DNA from: Camelus ferus
Lineage: Eukaryota
Length of the DNA: 64,000 bases
NCBI RefSeq assembly: GCF_009834535.1
Contig: NC_045706.1
Span: forward strand, 70,928,001-70,992,000
Direction of reading: 5' to 3'
Below, piece by piece: positions 57,231-64,000 of this stretch (position 1 is its first letter; each line of letters starts with the position of its first letter). The position numbers and the translations under genes are program-made. The notes under the pieces are model-generated. The model did no database searches and was not told the DNA's origin. It saw only the letters and a program-made list of their open reading frames with translations.

Positions 57231-58567
57231 CCCTCAGCTATCACACCGCACCACTAAGATGTGGCTTCGCGTCGGTTTTAACCAGTTTGGGAAAATCTGA
57301 TTTCACTGCCATTTATAAGCCATTTAGAAAACACACAAGGCAATGCAAAATCCAAGGTCATTGTTGTGGCTTCTTAAAAACACAATGAAGGGAAACGAAG
57401 GTTCAGTGTAAGAGCCCCTCCTCCAGAGCCCCCACTCCGGGGTCATGAGGAGTAAGGAGGTCTGTGTGTGGTGGGGCGGAGGAAGCTGCTTCCATAAAGG
57501 GGGTGGGGGAGCCTGGCTGAGGCCTCCAATCAGCCTTGGCTCAGGTGGAAGGGCGCCAACAGCCTGCTGACAATTCCGCATGCCCTGGAACTGGAGGTGA
57601 GTGCCCAGCGCTCTTGCCTGGGGACACCCCATTTTTGGTTGGATACAGACCCCTCATCCTGACAAGAAGCAGGGTCCCCAGGCCAGTGCCAGGGGTCTCA
57701 CCCCCATGAAAGCATCTCACGGAGAGGTCCCCGCGTGGCCCACCTGGCCAGGGTCTAAGGAAGCTCAGAGACAACCTGGCCGAGGCCTCCTCTGCTCGGG
57801 ACAGAGGTGCCCAGGAGGTTCCGGGGGTCATGCCTGGGCCTCCATGATCCACAGGTGACTCCCGAGGCCGCAGCTCCACACTGAGAAAAACCCCAGCTGT
57901 TATTCTTCTTTTTTAAATTTTTTTCCAATTGGGACAAAAAAGCTATTATTTAGTTTTGTTATTTTTCTGGTTGAAGTTCCAAGGGTCGAAGTGGGGGACT
58001 TCATTCAATCCGCAGGCTCTCGTGGGAGCTCAGCCACAGGGACGGTGGTCCTCCAGCCTCCCTCTCCCCGGCTCTGCCTCTTCCCCCATCAGCGGCCTCC
58101 ACCCGGCGGGTCTGGGGGCCTGTGTTTCCAGAGCCCAAGTCTGGCCATCACTGTGGGGAAGTAGCCTCTCTCAGCCTGAGGGGAAGACCCCAGGGGGCTT
58201 CCTGACCCTGGAGAGCGGGGTCTGCTAACGGCAGCTGGAGCTCATGACTTTCACAGCAACTCACTTGAGAACACCTTCACCCGCGCCTTTCTCTGGGGCG
58301 TTTCCTGAATGGGGCATCCTGGATCCTCCTCTGCCCCTCGACTTCCCTCACACAGGAATCCAAACCTCTCCAAGCCCAGAGGCTGTTCGTTTCTCCTCCT
58401 AAAGTTGCATCAATTTGTGAGCCGCACAGAAGCCCCCCATTTCTTACAGCTGGCCTCCCGTGGACCCTTCAGGACCACAGCACCCCTCTTGTGACCGAGG
58501 GCGTTGGTGGATCCCAGCCCCCCGGGAGCACCCTCACTGTCGTAATGGCCTGTGAGGGCGCAGTGCC

Positions 58568-59058
58568 TCAGTAGAAGGGAGACCCATGACCACCTCCCCC
58601 AAGGATGTCCACCTCCTGGTCCCGGGAACCTGTGAGCACGTCTCCTTACACGGCAAACAGAAGCTAAGTAGCAGGTGGAGTTAAGGTTGCTAATCTGCTG
58701 ACTTTGAGACGGAGACTCAGTCCTGGATCACCACGTGAGAACCTTTCCCAAGGACGTTCACGGAGGAGGGGGCAATCATGCCAAAGTGTACGAGATGCAA
58801 CGTTGCTGGCTTTGAAGACAGAAGGGGCCAAAAGCCGAGGAATGTGGACAAGCTCTAGAAAGAAGCTGGGACAGGTGTGGACTTGGACTCCGCCCTCAGA
58901 GCCTCTAGAAAGGAGCCCAGCCCGGCAGACACCTTGATTTTAGTCCAGTGAGACCTGCATCAGACTTCTGACCTCCAGAGCTGGGAGACAGCGCGTGCGC
59001 GTTGTCTAAACCATTGGGTTTGAGGCAACTTGTTAGAGTAGCAACAGGGAACTGCTAG
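58568..59058 (+). mobile_element. MLT1D-like MaLR solo LTR
   Basis: aaggatgtccacctcctggtcccgggaacctgtga...gctggctttgaagacagaagggg...ccttgattttagtccagtgagac...cttctgacctccagagct. Confidence 0.85.
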
Positions 59059-59757
59059 GTTCCGGAGAGATTTTGAGGGCAGATGGGACATTTAGGAGTT
59101 TCTCAGTAAATGTGGCTTTGACAGGTGCCCAGAACATTGTTCCCGTGGGACTGGTCTTGTGGAAAAGTGGGGTGAGCAGGTTTTAATGGAAAGAGTAGCA
59201 ACCTGTGCACAGGTCACAAGCGAGCATCTGGCTTTGTCTCCAGACGCACACACAGAGGTCAGCATGGGGACCGCCTTCTGGGCTTCTGATTCGACAGTGT
59301 CCCCGTGGCTGGGACGGACAGAGAGCAAAGGGAAATTTAATTTTAAAAGAACCTTTCAGATGGCAAAGCTCTGTGACGGGTATCATCTCAGATGAAGCCT
59401 TTGGACTTTGCCATGAGTTTTTCTGTCACCTTAACAAAGTAGGATGGTCACACAGGACAGGCAGCTTGTGATCGGGCCAGGAGGAGCCCTGACCTTGAAG
59501 TGGCACCTGCCGGGACAGAGCCTCATGCCCAGAGTGCAGACCCAGAGGGTGGTTTGGAAGAGTTGGAAGGCGGACCTCCTTCTGGTGAACGACCTGGTCC
59601 CTCCAGCCCTCTCCCGGCCCCTCACACTGGTTCCCTCAGGGTGACCCTGCATTTGAGGGAGGTGGAGGAAGGACCTGGTACCACAGTGACGGGCCACATC
59701 TTGGCAAGGCGAAGCGGTTCTCCTGTGCCTAAGAAGAAAGAGCCATGGAGCCAGGAC

Positions 59758-59889
59758 TTTTTGTTTGTTTTGGGGAGGGTAATTAGGTTTATTTATTTAC
59801 TTATTTATTTTAATGGAGGTACAGGGGATTGAACCCAGAACCTTGTGCATGCTAAGCACATGCTCTGCCACTGTGCTATATGCTCCCCC
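59758..59889 (-). mobile_element. Vic-1-like SINE
   Basis: Full tRNA-like body plus tail in reverse orientation. Confidence 0.88.
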
Positions 59890-60124
59890 AAATGCCTCAA
59901 AGTCCAATCCAAGCTCTGTTGTCTACTATGATCTCGAGCCAATCGGGGTCCTCCTTGAACCCTCGGTTCCTCATCTTTTATAGGGAGAAGACGACCTTCC
60001 TCCTGGTGTGACTGTCAGGGTCTCCTCATAACACCCAACAGCTAGCTGAGTGCCCACCAGGCACCAGCCCCTGCCAAGCTCCTTATCTGCCTTACCAAAG
60101 GGGATAAAGTCTGGGGAAACGCTT

Positions 60125-60706
60125 TGTAAAGTACCTGGAGCAGCTGTAACAATTTACCAAAATCTCGATGGCTTAAAAAGACAGAAATGTATCACTCACA
60201 ATTCTGGAGGCCAGAAGTCTGAAGTCAAGACGTCGCCAGGGCTGCCTCCCTCCAGGGCTTCTGGGAGAGTCTGTGCCCTGCCTCTTAGTACTGCTGCCAG
60301 CTGCTGGCAGTCCTTGGCTGGTGGCCCCATCACTCCAATTTCTGCCTGCATCTTCACATTGCCTTCTCTCCTGGGCGTGTCAAGTCTCCCTCTGCCTCTC
60401 TGTTAGAAGGACACTTGTTATTGCATGCAGGGCTCTCTTGCACAATCTAGGATCCTCCCTCCTTATCGAGATCCTTAAATTAATCACAGCTGAAGAGACC
60501 CTTCTTCCTTATACGGTAACATTTACAGGCTCCAGGAATCAGGACCTAATTAATATCTTTGGGTGGCCGTCACTCAGCCAACCTGCAGCAGTCTGTTCTC
60601 TGGTCCCTAAAGATTCATGTCCATCCCAACTGCAAAATATACTCATTTCATCCCAGCATCACCAAAGTCTCAACTCATTACAGCATCAATTCAAGTTGAA
60701 AAATCT
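60125..60706 (-). mobile_element. MLT1C-like MaLR 3' LTR (60125-60590) plus adjacent internal 3' end (60591-60706)
   Basis: LTR motifs ctcacaattctggaggccagaagtctgaa...ccttaaattaatcaca; the internal part ends in a PPT-like ggaccagagaacagac|TG on the minus strand. Confidence 0.8.
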
Positions 60707-60753
60707 GGGGGGTGATGGGTAGATCTCAGTGGTAGAGCTCATGCTTAGCATGC
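60707..60753 (+). mobile_element. 5' half of a tRNA-Ala/Vic-1-like sequence (no B box, no tail)
   Basis: ggggggtgatgggtagatctcagtggtagagctcatgcttagcatgc, followed by A5. Confidence 0.7.
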
Positions 60754-60865
60754 AAAAAGTGTATTTTTATTAAGAGTATGTGACAATACTTTTTAGCACA
60801 ATTGTATCTTAGTTAATTATAGGCAAGCCTGACTGATGACCGTCACGCAGGCCACCTGGCCCTTA

Positions 60866-60976
60866 TTTTTATTTTTTATTTTGAGGGAGAAGGTAATTAA
60901 GTTTTTATTTATTTTTTTAGTGGAGGTGCTGGGGATTGAACCCAGGACCTTGGGCATGCTAGGCAGGTGCCCCGCC
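60866..60976 (-). mobile_element. 5'-truncated Vic-1-like SINE
   Basis: 14-bp TSD CCACCTGGCCCTTA at 60852-60865 and 60977-60990. Confidence 0.87.
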
Positions 60977-63339
60977 CCACCTGGCCCTTACTGAATCGGC
61001 TTTCCAGCTCCTTTTTCTTTCTGGTCTGTAGGTCATCTCTGGCGGATGGCCGGCGTGAGTGGGATTATGATGGGGAGAGACGGCCGATTTGGAGTCCCTA
61101 GGGCAGCGGTCCACAGCGGTTTCTTTCCCTTCCGTGCAAGGGCCTTAGCAAACGGGGCCCCCCCCAGCCCGCTCCAGAACCCATCCCCCACCCCAACACT
61201 GAAGAGCGGGAAGGGGTGGGGGCACCCACCCCTTAAGCAGGTACCTGTTTGCTCACAGCAACATGTGAGGCAAATCGCTTTGCACAGGGAAGTGGCTGAG
61301 CTGGGCTCCCGGCCTGGCCACCAAGTCTGAGCTCTTCTGTCACCCGGGCCCCCAAAGAGCAGGGTTTCCCAGGAGAAGACCCACAGGTTCCTACATGAAG
61401 GTCAGCCTCTGGTGAGGAGGCCCCGTCGACAAGGGCACGCGCCCTGATGGCGCCAGCCGAGTCCCTGCAGAGCAGGAGGAAGCAGGCTGGGACGTGGCCT
61501 CGCGGTGTGAACAGTCCTGGGAGTAACAGGCCCTCCTTCCAGACACAGGTCCATGTGCTTCTGTCCAGTTACCGCGAGACCAGGACGTCCCGAGTCCGCA
61601 GGTGTGACCGGGCTCTGCCCTACAGCAGTGTCCCCAGTGACCTTCTGCTCAGCGTCTCGCCCCTCTCTGGATTCTTCAGGTGTCTCCAGGTGCCCGTTGT
61701 CCCCTCATCCTCTTCTGGGTGCCTCTGATTTACCAGTTCTCCCCAAAACTCACCTGTCTGGTCCGCAGAGCCAACCGGCTAGGTGCGGGCCAGCACGGCA
61801 CAGGGCTGAGCCTTGAGTGCACTGAGAAGTCCTGTCTTTTCCTAGCAGGAAAATGTTTTAATAGAAAATGTCTTAGGGAAAAACATTTACGAGTTCTTCA
61901 TTTCCACGATGACAGCGCGACTCACAGAAAGGGCCCTGGGCTGGGCATCAGAGCGCAGCCATGGTCTTGAGATGGAATGGAGGTTGGGGGCAGGGGGGGT
62001 GGTCTGGCTCATTTGCAGGTGTCTGCCCGCCCCGGCTGTCTGTGAGGCTGTCATCTTGTTAATCAGGGGAGCTCGGTGAGCAGGTGATAGTCAAGTTAAA
62101 AAGCACCGTGGCTCTCCCATCTAGAAGACACTTCTATCCAAGGGACAACTGATTTTAATGATAATGCAGCAGGTGGTGTGACAGATGGACAGGTAGCGAT
62201 AGCTTGAGGCAGGGGGATCTTTTGCAGTCTCTCAATCCCCTCACCCAGGCAGCCTCTCCCTGTGCGAGCTGGCTTTGGACCCTGGCCGCTGAAATGCAGA
62301 CCTGAACCTTGCCATCTGCTCCTGCCTCACTGATGTGACCCACATGCATGTCAGAGGCCCCCCTGCCACAACGGGTTTCTAACTATGGAGACATCCCTCA
62401 CAATCTGGATCATCTGTCTCTTGGGCCAACTTGGCTAAAGTAAAAGGAGGCAGCAGTGAAAGACTGCATTTGGGAGCAAAAAAGTCTGAGTTTTTATTGA
62501 GAGAGAGAGAGAGGCAGCTAATAAAATTCAGGTCAGGTATGTGAGATTCAAGCTGCCGGTCTGAACAGCTCTTTCCCCAAAACTATCATTATGAAAAGAG
62601 ACTTTCAACAGACAAGAGCATTTATCACTGGCAACTCTGCCCCCAGGCCTCCCTCGGTGGGAGCCACCGGTCCTCTGCAGGAGCCCTGCTTCCCAGGAAG
62701 GGGACGGCATGGTGCGTGCTTCCTGCCGGGAGGGGTCCAACACGCGGGGACCTCAGGAACCCCCCTCCTCCCCTTCCCCAAACTGAGATTTAGATAGTCT
62801 CTTACCTTTAGTTTAAAGTGCTTTCTTTAAACACATTTCTCAGTTCGACTTCCTTCCCATTCCTGGGAGGTGGTGGATGAGGGCCCGTCTATGTTGTTTT
62901 ATCACCTAAATCCCTGATCCAGGAGGGAAAGAGCAGAGCTGGTTGGAGGTGTGTGTTCAGGCACGTTCCACACAGACATACCCCCGAGCTCAGGAACGAG
63001 CCGCTGTCTCTGCCCAGAGCCCGGGAGCCGCTCGGGGTTCGATGCCCTGGCACCTGCTCAGATCAGGTTGTTCCCTGCCCCCCAGAAGCTCTCACCGTCC
63101 CTGTTTGAATGCTTTTTGCAACCCTTATTCATCTTTTTTTGCCTACTTTTATCTTTTTAAGTTCTGTCACTGAGAGGTCTAAGTGACACTAAGAATTCCA
63201 AATTAAAATCACGAAGTGCAGACCCGTGATACTACAGCCCTCCAAGTCCCAGATGGGGCGAGTGGTTTCCGGATGAAGCAGGTCAGAGGAAAGGCCCAGG
63301 AGGAGATGTACACCATGCTCCTTCTCTAATATCATCTCT

Positions 63340-63470
63340 CTATTTTCCTGATGAGAAAACAGCACAGGGAGGTTGAGACACTTACCCAAGGTCACACAGT
63401 CAGCGTCCAAGCTTCATCCCGTGAAGCTGGCCGGGCAGCAGTCTGGTTCCAGAGTCCACAATCTGAACAC
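63340..63470 (-). mobile_element. MIR fragment
   Basis: ctattttcctgatgagaaaac...gaggttgagacacttacccaaggtcacacag. Confidence 0.7.
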
Positions 63471-63587
63471 CACCCTCCACTGCTCCCCCACGCTGCCAGG
63501 TGACCCAGCAGCCACCTTTACGTGAAGAAGTGTGGGGACTTCCTCTAACAAGGGCTGTGAGCTAGTCTTGGCCTGAACCAAGGTGGG

Positions 63588-63745
63588 TGCTTCTCCAAGT
63601 GTGGTCCTGGAACCAGTGGTGTCACCTTCACCAGGGAGCTTGCTGGAAATCCAGTGACTCAGGAATTTTAGGGGTGCAGCCCAGGGATCTGTTTCAACAA
63701 GCCCTCAGGGGACTCCAATGCGCCGAGGTTGGAGAAGCTGGAACA
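63588..63745. mobile_element. MER5A-like hAT element
   Basis: gcttctccaagtgtggtcctggaacc...ggagcttgctggaaat...caacaagccctcagggga...aggttggagaagctg. Confidence 0.7.
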
Positions 63746-64000
63746 GTTCACAACCCGGCCACTACTGCCCTTCCTTGGGGAGCTCTCCAGACACAGAGAT
63801 GCTCAGCCCCACTGGTCTTGGGTTGGTGTGGGCATCTGTTTGGGTTTTGTTTGTTTTTCAACTCCCAAAGGAACTGCAATAAGCAGCAAGGTTTGAGAAT
63901 TATGAGTGTCATATGAAGGGCAGGATTTTGGAGTCTGAGAACAGGGTTCAAATGACTGTTCTGCTGACCACAAACCAAATGACTCAGCTCTTATGTAAGC

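Noticed and set aside
54300-64000. GALNT2 terminal exons on the minus strand
   Set aside because: Expected downstream by human synteny, but no glycosyltransferase or ricin-domain coding sequence was recognised; probably beyond the window end.

Overview
Mammalian genomic DNA, most likely a camelid (alpaca/camel), judged from the tRNA-Ala-derived Vic-1-like SINEs. It comes from a gapped assembly with three N runs, all inside L1 fragments. The left half carries six spliced coding exons (equivalent to human exons 2-7) of PGBD5, the neuron-expressed domesticated piggyBac transposase, on the + strand: 2077-2504, 7784-7918, 22216-22396, 25478-25675, 31213-31318 and 32709-32904 (stop). All introns are GT-AG, the phases are consistent, and the frame is intact for 414 codons. 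A ~1.8 kb 3'UTR ends near AATAAA at 34673. The canonical first exon is not in the window, but an in-frame ATG at 1962 opens a contiguous alternative N-terminus. The right half is intergenic and TE-dense. It contains a strong CTCF motif at 40143, a nested L1/LTR stack at 44150-46990, and a solo LTR head-to-head with the 5' LTR of a decayed, apparently non-autonomous class I ERV provirus (48308-~54295; Arg-type PBS, gag remnant, PPT, internal young solo LTR). MaLR/ERVL LTRs, MIRs, MER3/MER5A and nine SINE copies are also present. Apart from the PGBD5 exons and L1 remnants, the supplied ORFs look spurious. I found no wholly new biological system; the best leads concern isoforms, splicing and TE architecture. 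Comparisons with human PGBD5 and repeat consensuses are from memory and need verification.
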